Below are positions 35,794 to 46,225 of a DNA stretch of 64,000 bases, piece by piece. The translations under genes were made by a program, and so were the position numbers. The DNA is from Thermodesulfobacteriota bacterium. Lineage in GTDB: Bacteria; Desulfobacterota; Desulfarculia; JACQYL01. Each line of letters begins with the position of its first letter. The stretch's first letter is position 1. The notes under the pieces were generated by a model. That model searched no databases and was not told the origin of the DNA. It saw only the letters and a list, made by a program, of their open reading frames with translations. Location of the stretch: NCBI GenBank assembly GCA_963675595.2, contig CAXXLZ010000003.1:192001-256000 (forward strand). Reading direction: 5' to 3'.

Positions 35794-36858
35794 ATGGCCG
35801 AAGATAGCGCATCGAACGCCGAGAATAAGAACCTTCTCGGACGTATTCTTTCCTTCCCGCCCCTCGGGAATACTTATGTCCGAGTCGCCTTGGCGGTGGT
35901 TCTGCTCGTATTGATCTATATGGCGCTGAGTTTCTTGGGGTTTTTCGGTTCGGGAAAGCGTGCGACGGATACGGGCGACTCCGTGCCGGTTCAACGGGAA
36001 TCAACGAGCAAACCTCCCGGCTCGGCACCCATAGCCGCGTCGGGGGAGGATGAGAGTGCATCGGTCCGCGCGGCGGAGTCGCTTCATGGCGGGGATGTCG
36101 AGGGAGTGCGGTTTACCAAAGCCTTCGTAGCGGCGCTTGATTATGAGTTGACCGAGCATGGTTGGAAGCCGAATTCGATCATCTCGGGAAAGCTGCATCT
36201 GACCGATAATCTTCGCAATTATCAACTAGGGGTTTTAGAGACCGTTCGACAGTTGGGTCTGATATTCAAGGAAAAGATCTCCAGATACGGCGACTCGGAC
36301 AAATTCGATCACCGATTGGAGAATGCGGTGAACTATTTCATGATCAAGGCGGACCAGTTCTGGTTTCCTGCTGCTGATGATCAATATCGAAAAGGGATTG
36401 AGGAAGTCAATGTCTATCTGCAGGACCTCCAAGCCGGTCTTGTACGCTTTTATGCCCGTTCGGATAATTTCGAGGCGCTGATTCTCGCCTGCAAGGAACT
36501 GCTGGGGAACTGCCACTATAACTTGGTGAAAGAGAAGGAGCGAGACGGTGAAAAAGTCTCTTTTTTCGCCGTCGATGATTACTTCTATTACTCAAAGGGC
36601 GTAGCCAAGGCCATGGGAGATATGCTCGCGGCCACGATGTATGATTTCAAGGAAGAGCTTTCTTTGATCAAAGGGTCCTCCATGATGCGGGAAGTGGTGG
36701 ACGACCTCCGGTATGCATCCGGTCTGGATCCATGGATCATACTGAACGGCGACTTGGACGGATTTATTGCGAACCACCGTGCCAACATGGCGGTGCCTCT
36801 GGGCCAAGCGCTGTTCAAACTGAGTAATATGCTGAAGTTTGGGGGAGGGTCTTCGTAA
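35794..36858 (+). CDS. DUF2333 family membrane-anchored protein
   Basis: N-terminal TM; DNLRNYQLGVL, FWFPAAD..Y..G, FYARSDN, DDYFYYSKG, PWIILNG..DG..ANHRANM. Confidence 0.8.
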   Translation: MAEDSASNAENKNLLGRILSFPPLGNTYVRVALAVVLLVLIYMALSFLGFFGSGKRATDTGDSVPVQRESTSKPPGSAPIAASGEDESASVRAAESLHGGDVEGVRFTKAFVAALDYELTEHGWKPNSIISGKLHLTDNLRNYQLGVLETVRQLGLIFKEKISRYGDSDKFDHRLENAVNYFMIKADQFWFPAADDQYRKGIEEVNVYLQDLQAGLVRFYARSDNFEALILACKELLGNCHYNLVKEKERDGEKVSFFAVDDYFYYSKGVAKAMGDMLAATMYDFKEELSLIKGSSMMREVVDDLRYASGLDPWIILNGDLDGFIANHRANMAVPLGQALFKLSNMLKFGGGSS

Positions 36859-36906
36859 GTCCTTTTTTCAATACGGCGACACGACGTAACGCGACGAGGA
36901 AGGGGG

Positions 36907-39126
36907 CTAATTGTTCACCCTGCCCAAGAATCGTCTGAGTGTCTGAACAACGCTGCGAAAATCGAGTTCCTCCATGTCCGGGCGAATGCTCGCATCTCGG
37001 AAAGTTCCGTAGATGCGGAGGGGCAGACTGAGCCCCTCACGTAGAGCGCTCGAAGGATCGTCCAGGTCGGGAAACAGGAAGGTCGGCTTGATCTTCACAT
37101 CCACGGTCTGGTTAAGGCCGAATGAGCCTTGGCCGCTGACACGCAGGACCGGTCCTTCGAGCTGGAAATCCTCGCTGTAGAAACGTCCCTTGTGGATGTG
37201 AAAGGTGCCCTCCAGACCACTGAAGGGTACCTCCTCCCTCTGAGATGAATCCGAGCCGCGCACGACACTTTCCACGAGTCGGACCACGGCAAGGGGGCTC
37301 GGACCCAAAAGAGTGCCTCCATCCATTCGGAACCACGCCTTACCGCTCAGACTTCTCTGGATGTCGCTGAAACTGGAGCCCCTGCTCCGCAGACTGTAGC
37401 CGAGGTCGACGGAGCCGTGCATTTGTTCCAGCCCGGTTAGGTCACGCGTGAGGGGGCCGGCCTGGACACCGCCGACGGTGTTCTGTAATGCGAAGAACGG
37501 CACTTCTCCTCTGAGATCAATCGAGGCACCGCCATCGCAGGCACCTTCGTAGAGTCGCGCGGTAACCGGCTTGATATGGATTACGCCTTCCTCTCCCCGG
37601 ATTGCAGCGGACAATTCGGTGAATCGAACGCCCTCGATTTTGCCCCGTTCCATGGAGAGCCTTCCCCTGGTGTGCATGAGTCCATGAATACCCCAATCCC
37701 GGGGTTCGGAGGCATGGGCCTTTAAGGAAGAACCGGCCGGCGCCTCGTCGTTGTGGGCGACGCGTTTGGACCATGCCGGCTTGGTGTACCGGTCCAGGTC
37801 AAGTTCATTTAAGTGGATATCAAAATCGAGACTAGGGGGGGCCGAGGCCTGGTACTTGAACGACAGTTGTGCGGTGGTCCGGTCGATCCGACAAGAAGCG
37901 CCGCGGGCCTGAAAAAGACGAGGCGTACCGAAAATCCGGGCATCCATTTGGGCAACCTTGAACACGTCGGAACGTTCCAATTCCTGTCTATCGAGAAGTC
38001 CGGCTTGCGCCAGAATATCGCCCGGCTTGAAGGGAGGTACCGATAAGTGTAGATCGAATTCAGGGAGATCGCCCAAGAAGGCCACGTGACCCCGGACGTT
38101 GAGCCGCCCCGGGGATGCCTCGGTACGGAGGGACAGCTCAGTGAGTTCGAAAAGCCTTCTTTTTGTATCGTATGTGGACAGGGAGCGTCCGAGAAACCTG
38201 ACTCCGGGCAGGATGTGCGGGCATACAAGATGCCAATCCCCTTTAATAAGAATGGGGGCACTATCTGCGGAGCGTGTCAGGTCGAAGTCCACTTTGGAGA
38301 TTTCGATCCCGTCCGGAGATCCTTGCGAGATATTCAGAGCGTGAAGTAGCCTTCTCGATGAAACCGAATCGGCTTTCAGGCGCATCACGAATGGGCAATG
38401 GGCGATTTGGACCGATGGCGCGTCGAAGGGGCCCACACTGCCTTCCGCCGATACGGAGGTTCCCTGAAACTCGCCCTGAAGCTCAAACGGTACGGATGCG
38501 CCGTAAGAGAATTCACCCGTGAGAAGCTGCACGTTCTTGAGGAGAGTCGTCGGCTGCTTCCCACGATTCGCCAATAGAACGGTCCCGTGTGTGACTTTCA
38601 GTGTTTTCGATCGAAATCCCGCCCAAGAAAGCTCAAAAGGAGTGAACTGAGAAGGCTGGTTGGGAGTCGGAGGTGTGGTTTGCCGGTCCGGCTCCAAAGG
38701 CTCTTCCTTCCAGGCGGGATGCTCATTTTGAGCACGGTCGATTCGGACCTGGGGCGCCTCTTTCGTGGAAGAGCCGGGGCTGAGCTCCAACACGGGAGAT
38801 TCGACCGTCATCTTTTCCACCAGGATGCTTCCGCCGAGAAGTGCGACCGGATCGACAGACAGCTCCAGAGCCTCCGCAGTCAGGCGGCTCCCTTTTCCGA
38901 GCATGGTGCAATCCGTCAATTCGATGCCGTAGGCCTTGATACCGAAGGCCGGGACCAAAGAGAGACCCAGGCGCTGAATCAGGACATGGCCGCCGGTAGC
39001 TGTTTGGATCCCGTGCACCAGACTGCCTCGGTGCGCCGGTGTATCCAAGAACCGGTTGAGAAGTCGAAACAACAATCCCGTCAGGACAACCATGATCACG
39101 AAAGCAATTGCCAAGTTGCGTTTCAT
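36907..39126 (-). CDS. AsmA family protein
   Basis: N-terminal anchor, beta-rich repeats, LNELDLDRY, LYEG...G, LSGKAWF.M.GG.L.G, PLRIYGTF. Confidence 0.82.
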   Translation of the reverse strand: MKRNLAIAFVIMVVLTGLLFRLLNRFLDTPAHRGSLVHGIQTATGGHVLIQRLGLSLVPAFGIKAYGIELTDCTMLGKGSRLTAEALELSVDPVALLGGSILVEKMTVESPVLELSPGSSTKEAPQVRIDRAQNEHPAWKEEPLEPDRQTTPPTPNQPSQFTPFELSWAGFRSKTLKVTHGTVLLANRGKQPTTLLKNVQLLTGEFSYGASVPFELQGEFQGTSVSAEGSVGPFDAPSVQIAHCPFVMRLKADSVSSRRLLHALNISQGSPDGIEISKVDFDLTRSADSAPILIKGDWHLVCPHILPGVRFLGRSLSTYDTKRRLFELTELSLRTEASPGRLNVRGHVAFLGDLPEFDLHLSVPPFKPGDILAQAGLLDRQELERSDVFKVAQMDARIFGTPRLFQARGASCRIDRTTAQLSFKYQASAPPSLDFDIHLNELDLDRYTKPAWSKRVAHNDEAPAGSSLKAHASEPRDWGIHGLMHTRGRLSMERGKIEGVRFTELSAAIRGEEGVIHIKPVTARLYEGACDGGASIDLRGEVPFFALQNTVGGVQAGPLTRDLTGLEQMHGSVDLGYSLRSRGSSFSDIQRSLSGKAWFRMDGGTLLGPSPLAVVRLVESVVRGSDSSQREEVPFSGLEGTFHIHKGRFYSEDFQLEGPVLRVSGQGSFGLNQTVDVKIKPTFLFPDLDDPSSALREGLSLPLRIYGTFRDASIRPDMEELDFRSVVQTLRRFLGRVNN

Positions 39127-39172
39127 TGGCCGCACCCGGCTCGCGCCACGAAGCAGGATTCGGAAAACACCA

Positions 39173-40531
39173 TCATTTGGGCAGAATGAAGTAGAAATTG
39201 TTGCCCATACGGGTCGGTTCATATCCCACGGTACCGCCGTGTAACTCCACGACTTCTTTTATGAAAATCAGACCGTGGCCGGTCCCGTACTCATCTTCCA
39301 CGTTTCCGCCTCGGTATCCTTCCTTGAATAAGTTGGGTATGTCTTCGGCCTGGATATGAGGTCCCGTGCTGAACAGATTGAATTTGATGCCGTCCTTCCC
39401 TTCTCCGAAATGGTTTCTCAGAATCTCCATGCCCAGGGCGATGAATTTGTTGTTGCAGCCGCACTCGTCCACTACTTCTCGTGTGTACTTGATCGCATTG
39501 GTGAACAGATTGGCGTACACTTGGGAAATGAGGCCGGCATCGGCGACCACTGTGATCTCCTCGTCCGGGATGCCTCCCAGCTGATCGTCCACCGCGATGC
39601 GTCGTTCTTCGAGTCTGGGCAGATAGCGATTGAGCTGGGGGCGGATGATTCTTTCCTTGAAATTTGTTCTGGTGGGCTCGAGGACGTACCTTCCCTGTTC
39701 GAAGTGTGATCGGCGGAGCAACGTTTCAAGAAAAAGGCTGGTGTGCTCATAGTGGCCCAGTATCTGTTCGAACTGCTCTTCCATGGACTCGTTGATATAA
39801 TGCAGTTCTTCCTGCAGGGCGATGATCTCGCGCATGATTTCCGCATCAAAACGCTCTCTGACCTTGTCCAACCGGTGCTTTAACTCCAGCCCGATCTCCC
39901 GGGCTCTGTCGATCTTCCCTTTCAGTCGCCTGAAGAAGAGCTTGAAGTACATGTTGGGCACGATCACATTGTGCCCTATGTCGCTCACGAGGTTGTTGAT
40001 GAAACGAAGATGTTCCTTGTTTCTTTCCGTAATGAGCCGGTTGTGTAGTTGAAATCCGATCCGGTTTGCGTATTTCTCGAAAAACAGCATCATGTGCTCG
40101 GTGAGTTCGGATGCCGGATAAATTTCGATCAGACCAAGCGTACCCTTGTCGTGAGCCTGAGGCAAAGCCGACAAGAGTTTTTCATTCCCCTTCACGGGAG
40201 TCAGGTACGAACCTCCCACGATCGTCGGTTTGTGTGTTATGGGAGGTACGGAAACCGTGATAGCGGGCGGATCGTGATATAGGTCTTCGGAATGGCTCAC
40301 CATAACCAATGAGCTTTGATTGTGCACGACATAAAGAACACTCTTGAGGTCAAAGAATATCTTCGGGACCATAACGCACATACGATAGAAGTCATGTTGA
40401 CTCTCGAGTTCCTGGGATAGGTCGAAGAATGTCTTTAACGCGCAGTCTTGAACTGAATTAAAGGAATAGTTCTCGTAATCATCAATCTTTTCGTACACCC
40501 GTTTTTCGATAAAAAAGATGCGCTCTTCCAT
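39173..40531 (-). CDS. Cytoplasmic sensor histidine kinase
   Basis: H-box DIGHNV, N-box QVYANLFTNAIKY, variant G1 STGPHI, G2 GTGHGL, ELHGGTV; no TM segment. Confidence 0.85.
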   Translation of the reverse strand: MEERIFFIEKRVYEKIDDYENYSFNSVQDCALKTFFDLSQELESQHDFYRMCVMVPKIFFDLKSVLYVVHNQSSLVMVSHSEDLYHDPPAITVSVPPITHKPTIVGGSYLTPVKGNEKLLSALPQAHDKGTLGLIEIYPASELTEHMMLFFEKYANRIGFQLHNRLITERNKEHLRFINNLVSDIGHNVIVPNMYFKLFFRRLKGKIDRAREIGLELKHRLDKVRERFDAEIMREIIALQEELHYINESMEEQFEQILGHYEHTSLFLETLLRRSHFEQGRYVLEPTRTNFKERIIRPQLNRYLPRLEERRIAVDDQLGGIPDEEITVVADAGLISQVYANLFTNAIKYTREVVDECGCNNKFIALGMEILRNHFGEGKDGIKFNLFSTGPHIQAEDIPNLFKEGYRGGNVEDEYGTGHGLIFIKEVVELHGGTVGYEPTRMGNNFYFILPK

Positions 40532-40774
40532 GGACCCGCTTAATGATTGTGAAAACCTTTGACTCACGGGAAGCCTCAACTATGATGACTTATTGATGAT
40601 GTTTTAAGTATTATATTCCGAATACTTTGAGTTACATACCACATTCGATGGTCGAAAAAAAGGATTTTCAAGGTTGCAACAAGTGAATCTTGTTACAAGA
40701 AATCGAAATTCTTCCGACGATTCCGGCGGTTGAAGGGTGGGCGTTCATTCGAGAATTCGGGACGGCTGAGACTT

Positions 40775-41569
40775 TTAATCGATCGCCTGCTTTTTTGCCA
40801 ATTCGATGATCTCGGCAGTGGACGGGGCTGCAAGGAAGCACTCTTCCACGATGTATTTATCGCGAACTTCCTCCGGCTCGCGGTCGGTCTCATGAGAAAA
40901 CAGGCCTTTGAAGGTGCGCCACAGGAACGTAAGCTCGTCCACGTAATTGTCCCAGGCAACGGCCAGCGTGCTCCGGTTGGGTTCCGGTATGGACGCATGC
41001 CCTGCCTCCTCTTTCAGCAGCACTCGCTGATTCTCGGCTTTGGCGCTTTCGAAAAAGAAACCCACCGCCATGGCGGGCACCACCAATCCGGTCGAGGCGT
41101 TCAAGGCCAAGCCCGCCGCGGAACCCAGAACGAAGTAGGTATAGCTTCTGAGCTTCCTGCTGTTTAATTCATGCTCATCGGCTTCGCGGAAGCGGAGCAC
41201 TATTCGATATCCGTAAAACGCTTCGAAATGCTGCTCAAGATCATAAAAAGCCAGAGACTTGATGATGAATTCGGCGACATGTCCGATGTACACTCCTTGC
41301 GGTAGATCCACTGTACCGAGGCCGTTATCCCGGGCTTGCAGCAGACAGCTGAAAAGGGTGTCGCATCGGCTTGTGTGCTCCGAGTCACCTTTGAGACAAA
41401 TTACGTTGACGTATCCTCTCCTGGGTTCCCAATCCTTCGCACCGGACGTGGCCTGAGACGGCGGGCTTGTCGCCGTTCTCGGCCTCCCGGAAGCACTGTC
41501 GGCCCACGGTGTGCAGGCTGAGGCCACAGAAATCCAGGCCGCAATACAAACGGCGAGGAAGGCTCTCAT
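40775..41569 (-). CDS. Hypothetical lipoprotein
   Basis: MRAFLAVCIAAWISVASAC lipobox-like start; internal hydrophobic Gly/Ala stretch; no family recognised. Confidence 0.55.
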   Translation of the reverse strand: MRAFLAVCIAAWISVASACTPWADSASGRPRTATSPPSQATSGAKDWEPRRGYVNVICLKGDSEHTSRCDTLFSCLLQARDNGLGTVDLPQGVYIGHVAEFIIKSLAFYDLEQHFEAFYGYRIVLRFREADEHELNSRKLRSYTYFVLGSAAGLALNASTGLVVPAMAVGFFFESAKAENQRVLLKEEAGHASIPEPNRSTLAVAWDNYVDELTFLWRTFKGLFSHETDREPEEVRDKYIVEECFLAAPSTAEIIELAKKQAID

Positions 41570-42187
41570 TGGAACGCGGCAAGTACATGGGGTGCGGCTC
41601 TCATCACGATGGGGCGGCGGGTCGACGGGAGGTGAGGGCATGTCACGGCTCATGCCGGAGCGGCGGTTCAGCGTAACCCACGGAAGACGCCCCGCAAACC
41701 GTTTCGCAGGTCGCAGGCCCCGAGGCATGCCGATTGATTCGAAGGGGTGCGGGAAAGACGATATCGATTCGTTTGAACATGATATTCTTCCCCTTCTTGC
41801 GGACAAAGACCGTATATCAGGCGGTCCCGGCGGAAGACTTCCCTGCCTGCCGACACCGACGCGTAAGACTCGACATGTCCCCACGCCTATTCTACATCCC
41901 ACCTGGAAACGTCTATCAATACACGCATATGTTTGACGAACTCCGCCGAGCGTATAGGTTCTTTCACATAATATGCCGGGGCGCCTCAGGCCTCCGCAGG
42001 TGCAAATCTGCTGCATCAGCATTGGATTGTTGTTTTCATCTTACATTGTTCGCCCCCGACGGTTCAAGCATAGGGGTAAACTTCAAAGCGAACGACGGCG
42101 TTCCGCCCGACCCGGATTCACTATGTTTTTTCGCATGTCTCGGGAGTTGCAGTTGCCTAATGGGCAACCATGTGTTACTTTGTACCC

Positions 42188-42706
42188 ATGAGAACGAAAA
42201 GGACAATCAAACGAGCGGCGAGTGGTGCGGGGTTGTGGCTTTTGGCTGCGACTCTCATTTTCTGTTGGTCTACAAGAGCCTTGGCTGCAGGCATCCAGGG
42301 GGATCTTGATTTTACACTCAAGAACCTTGACTCGAAGGAGGTGCAACTCTCGTCGTACCTCGGTAAGCCGATTATCCTGGTGTTCTGGGCGACTTTCTGT
42401 CCGACCTGCAAGGAAGAGATACCGTATCTCGTGGAGTTTTACAAGGAGAACAAGAAGAGCGACCTTGTATTTCTCAGCTTGGCAATGGACAAGAAGGCTC
42501 CTGAAAAGATTAAGGAGTTTACCGAACGGAACGGCATCCACTATCCGGTACTGACGGCCGACTCGAAGACCGCCAGGAAGTGGGGCGTGCGCGCCATACC
42601 CGCGGCCTTTATGATCGACAGACGAGGAGAGATCACGCATCGACTGTCGGGACTAAATATGACGGTCGACATGAAACGATACCTGGATGAGATCATGGCG
42701 AAGTAG
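42188..42706 (+). CDS. TlpA-like thiol:disulfide oxidoreductase (redoxin)
   Basis: Signal peptide, DFTLKNL, FWATFCPTCKEEIP, cis-Pro motif AIP. Confidence 0.9.
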   Translation: MRTKRTIKRAASGAGLWLLAATLIFCWSTRALAAGIQGDLDFTLKNLDSKEVQLSSYLGKPIILVFWATFCPTCKEEIPYLVEFYKENKKSDLVFLSLAMDKKAPEKIKEFTERNGIHYPVLTADSKTARKWGVRAIPAAFMIDRRGEITHRLSGLNMTVDMKRYLDEIMAK

Positions 42707-42891
42707 ACCGTAGGCGGGCACTGCAGGCGATGGAGTTTATCCGATCCATCCAAAAAGGTGGGGGGCGTACAAGCGGGTACGCGGATAAAACCGTTGGTTA
42801 TATTCCGGTTTGACCGGCATGCTCAGGAAAGGACAAGCGATTTCGGGCCGTTCATAACCGAACCGATTTTTCCATCATCCTCGGCCGGAAA

Positions 42892-44289
42892 TCAGGTATT
42901 CTTTCTCCATCGGGGATGGGTAATGCCCAATTTCCGTATCTTGTAGTTCAGGACTCTTCGGCTGATTCCCAGCTCATCCGCCGCATCCTTCTGAATCCAT
43001 AAATTTTTCTCCAAGGCTCGGAGGATCAACCGGCGTTCGTTGTCCGTGAGAGACGGGAGTTCCTGCTTGACGGCCTTTGGTTCCGGCCTCTCGTGGGCGG
43101 CGAGTTGGAAGGGCGCGGCGGGCGCGGGGAGGATCCCTAAGGCGACGTTGTCGGGACCGATGACGGGGTCGTCGCTCAGCAAAACGGCTCTCTCCACGGT
43201 GTTCGAGAGCTGGCGTATGTTGCCCGGCCAATCATAGCCCATCAGGGTGTCCATCACTTCCGCGGAAAAGCCTCCCATCTTCTTCTTCAGAGCCTTGGAG
43301 TGCTTCTCCAAGAAAGATTCGGCGAGCGGACCGATGTCTTCTCGACGCTCTCGCAGGGGGGGGAGGTGGATATTCAGTACGTTGATGCGGTAGTACAGGT
43401 CCTCCCTAAAAAAACTCTTGGCGATTTCGTCCGGGAGTGACCGGTTGGTGGCTGCGATGATTCTTACGTTTACGCGTATGGTTTTGTTGCCCCCCACGCG
43501 TTCGAATTCCCGCTCTTCAAGTACTCGCAGCAGTTTCGCCTGCAGCATCGGACTGATTTCTCCGATTTCGTCCAGGAAAACGGTTCCGCCGTTTCCCTGC
43601 TCGAACCTGCCGATACGCCGCTTGGTGGCGCCGGTAAAGGCTCCTTTCTCGTGTCCGAAAAACTCGCTGTCGAGCAGTGTATCGGGCATATTAGCGCAGT
43701 TGATCTTGACGAAGGGAGATTTGGCACGACGACTATTGAAGTGGATGGATCCTCCCAAGAAGCTCTTTCCGGTTCCGGTTTCCCCGGTCATGAGAACCGT
43801 GGAGTCGGTTTCCGCCACCTTTTCAATCATCCGGATGACTTGTTTCATGGCCGGGCTCAGGGCGATAATTCTCGACAGGTCATAAACCACATCCTGACTG
43901 CGACGGAGATAGTCCACCTCGTACCTGAGGGCCCTTTTCTCCAGAGCCTGATCCACGGTGTTGCGGATCTTGTCCGGGGAGAACGGCTTGACGACGAAGT
44001 CGTGAGCGCCGTTGCGTATGGCCTCGACCACCTCTTGAGTCTCCGCCGCTTCTCCCGTCATGATCACCACCGTCTCCGGTGATACGGTCTTGATGGAGTG
44101 GAGGAGATCCGAACCATTGGTACCGTTGGACCGTTTGTCGATGATGGCCACATCATACAGTTTTCCGGCGAGAGCTTCGAAGCCGTCCGGCCTGTGCTGC
44201 CAGAACTCCAAATCGTGATCCGCAGAGAGGACTTCCCGGAGAATGTCTTTCCAAACCGGATTCGTTTCTAAGATTAGGACCTGGGCCAT
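42892..44289 (-). CDS. Sigma-54-dependent response regulator (NtrC family)
   Basis: Receiver (AIID, IMTG, VKPF), GETGTGKS, GAFTGA, FLDEI, WPGNIRQL, C-terminal HTH. Confidence 0.93.
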   Translation of the reverse strand: MAQVLILETNPVWKDILREVLSADHDLEFWQHRPDGFEALAGKLYDVAIIDKRSNGTNGSDLLHSIKTVSPETVVIMTGEAAETQEVVEAIRNGAHDFVVKPFSPDKIRNTVDQALEKRALRYEVDYLRRSQDVVYDLSRIIALSPAMKQVIRMIEKVAETDSTVLMTGETGTGKSFLGGSIHFNSRRAKSPFVKINCANMPDTLLDSEFFGHEKGAFTGATKRRIGRFEQGNGGTVFLDEIGEISPMLQAKLLRVLEEREFERVGGNKTIRVNVRIIAATNRSLPDEIAKSFFREDLYYRINVLNIHLPPLRERREDIGPLAESFLEKHSKALKKKMGGFSAEVMDTLMGYDWPGNIRQLSNTVERAVLLSDDPVIGPDNVALGILPAPAAPFQLAAHERPEPKAVKQELPSLTDNERRLILRALEKNLWIQKDAADELGISRRVLNYKIRKLGITHPRWRKNT

Positions 44290-44809
44290 ATGAACGTCTC
44301 CTATAACGGGATGTCCAAATTCTTTCGCGTCGCGGGTCTGTCGGTGAAGGGAATTCGAAGATGAAAACAACTCAATTGCCGCCCACGGATTCGCGACGGA
44401 TACGGTCACGAGCGTGGTCCACGCGTGAGACGGTTACGATGCATCCCGGATCGCGAGGGCTCGGGCGACATGAAGCACAGTATTGTTACTATTATTGCAA
44501 AATAGGCCCTTGGCTTGCAACCCCATTTGGTGGTCCCCGGGGTTGGGAAGGCTGAACGGGTATTTCGTTCCGCATCAAATGACAATGGCTTGTCCTGTGA
44601 TCATCTTTACAGTTAATTCGATTTGCAGTAAGCGCCATCCGATGAGGTGCGTGGATCCCCGGGGCTTCGCAGCGACTATCGGAGGTGGAGACGGATGTGA
44701 ACGATGAATCTGCTGGAGATTCGGTCTTTACGAGCAAGGCTTGTGCCGAGGCGTCGGCGTTTATGTGTCGTTTGCCTCGCCGGTATGAACCAAAAGGAAG
44801 GAGACGAAT

Positions 44810-45433
44810 GTGATCGTTAAAATGTTGCCGGTAGGTCCTATTCAGGCGAACTGCTACGTGTTGGGGTGTGAGAAGACTGGAAAAGGTGTGGTGATCGATC
44901 CGGGCGACGAGGTGAACAGGATAATGAAAGTGCTCGAACTGGAAGGGGTGGAGCTGGAATATATTCTAAATACGCATGGACATTTCGACCATGTGGGCGG
45001 TAATGCGGGATTGAAGCGCGCGACCGGTGCCAAGCTGGCAATTCACCGCCTGGATGCGCCCATGCTGGAACATCTTGGGGCGACGGCGGCCGCCTGGGGA
45101 ATGACCGCGGAGAACTCGCCGACTCCCGATATGTTCTTGGAGGACGGGGACATTCTTCCGGTGGGGGATATCTCTCTTGAGGTGTTGCACACTCCCGGGC
45201 ATTCGCCGGGCGGCATTTCGCTCTTTACCGACGGGATGGTTTTTGTCGGGGATTTGTTGTTCGCCGGTTCCATCGGTCGTACCGACTTTCCGGGAGGAGA
45301 TTTCGATACGTTGATCAGGTCCGTGAAGACCAAGATATTTCCGTTGGGAGACGAAGTTCAGGTGATGACGGGTCATGGGCCGAGCACAAGCATCCGGAGA
45401 GAGCGGCTTTCGAATCCCTTCCTGCAGGGGTAG
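44810..45433 (+). CDS. MBL-fold metallo-hydrolase (glyoxalase II-like)
   Basis: THGHFDH, HTPGHSPG, GDLLFAGSIGRTD, GHG. Confidence 0.92.
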   Translation: MIVKMLPVGPIQANCYVLGCEKTGKGVVIDPGDEVNRIMKVLELEGVELEYILNTHGHFDHVGGNAGLKRATGAKLAIHRLDAPMLEHLGATAAAWGMTAENSPTPDMFLEDGDILPVGDISLEVLHTPGHSPGGISLFTDGMVFVGDLLFAGSIGRTDFPGGDFDTLIRSVKTKIFPLGDEVQVMTGHGPSTSIRRERLSNPFLQG

Positions 45434-45616
45434 CGCCGCGCGGCGGATGCACTGGGGAGGAACGGAGCGCCGGCGGCTGGATCTCGGAGGTGTAGCCTGC
45501 TGAGATATCACCGCGTTAAAGGGAAAGAAGCATTGGGGGTCGGCGATCGGACACGAGTCCCGGCAGGGGAAAGAGGAGCGGGAGGAAAAAGAGAAGCGCA
45601 ACGGGGCGAAGAACTT

Positions 45617-45880
45617 GGCCGTGCACCCTCCTCCGAGCCCCACCACAAACGGCGGTTCGCTTGGGGATTTAAGAGTCAGATGAATCTACGACACAAACCG
45701 CGTTGCTTACCGCTGCTTCCTTCCGGACCTGACGGGGTTCACAATCGTTTGTTGCGTAGGATCCGACCTCATCCCCGCGCAAGGGACGCCGCGAGCGGTT
45801 AAAGACCCTCGGGAAGGAATTCGACCCCGCTAAGCGGATTTCGGGTACAGGGCACCGCTAGCTCCCCGCCTAGCACGACC
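45617..45880 (-). ncRNA. ffs: Large (Alu-containing) signal recognition particle RNA
   Basis: Minus strand starts GGTCGTGCTAGGCGGGGAGCTAGCGGTGCCCTGTACC (Bacillus scRNA-like Alu domain), contains helix 8 GTCAGGTCCGGAAGGAAGCAGC and ends GTGCACGGCC, which pairs with the 5' end. Confidence 0.95.
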
Positions 45881-45978
45881 AAGATTTTCTGATCAACAAT
45901 CGCCGTGACGGGTTGTTTCAAGACCCGAATCGGCTTACAGTGAAGATTGTATTCAAAATAATGAAATGAATACAATAT

Positions 45979-46008
45979 CTTATACATATGCAATCCGCAG
46001 CCTGTCAA
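45979..46008 (-). promoter_or_regulatory. Sigma-70 promoter of ffs
   Basis: Minus strand TTGACA-18 nt-TATAAG, about 100 nt upstream of the mature RNA. Confidence 0.6.
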
Positions 46009-46225
46009 GCTCTTTTTCCTCTTTGAGGAAAAATAAGTTGATTTCTTTTCGAATCTGGACTAAGCATCAGCGTGTTAAATGAATGGAAGTTAGGGGATCT
46101 GAACGATCGAGTTTGCCCTCTCTAATCTCTTCAAGGCTTCTCTTCTTCCTTTCCATTTTCTAAGGTCAGATTCGTCCTATGACTGCCTGCGGGTCGTTAG
46201 CCATATCAAGAGTGAGCATTACCTT

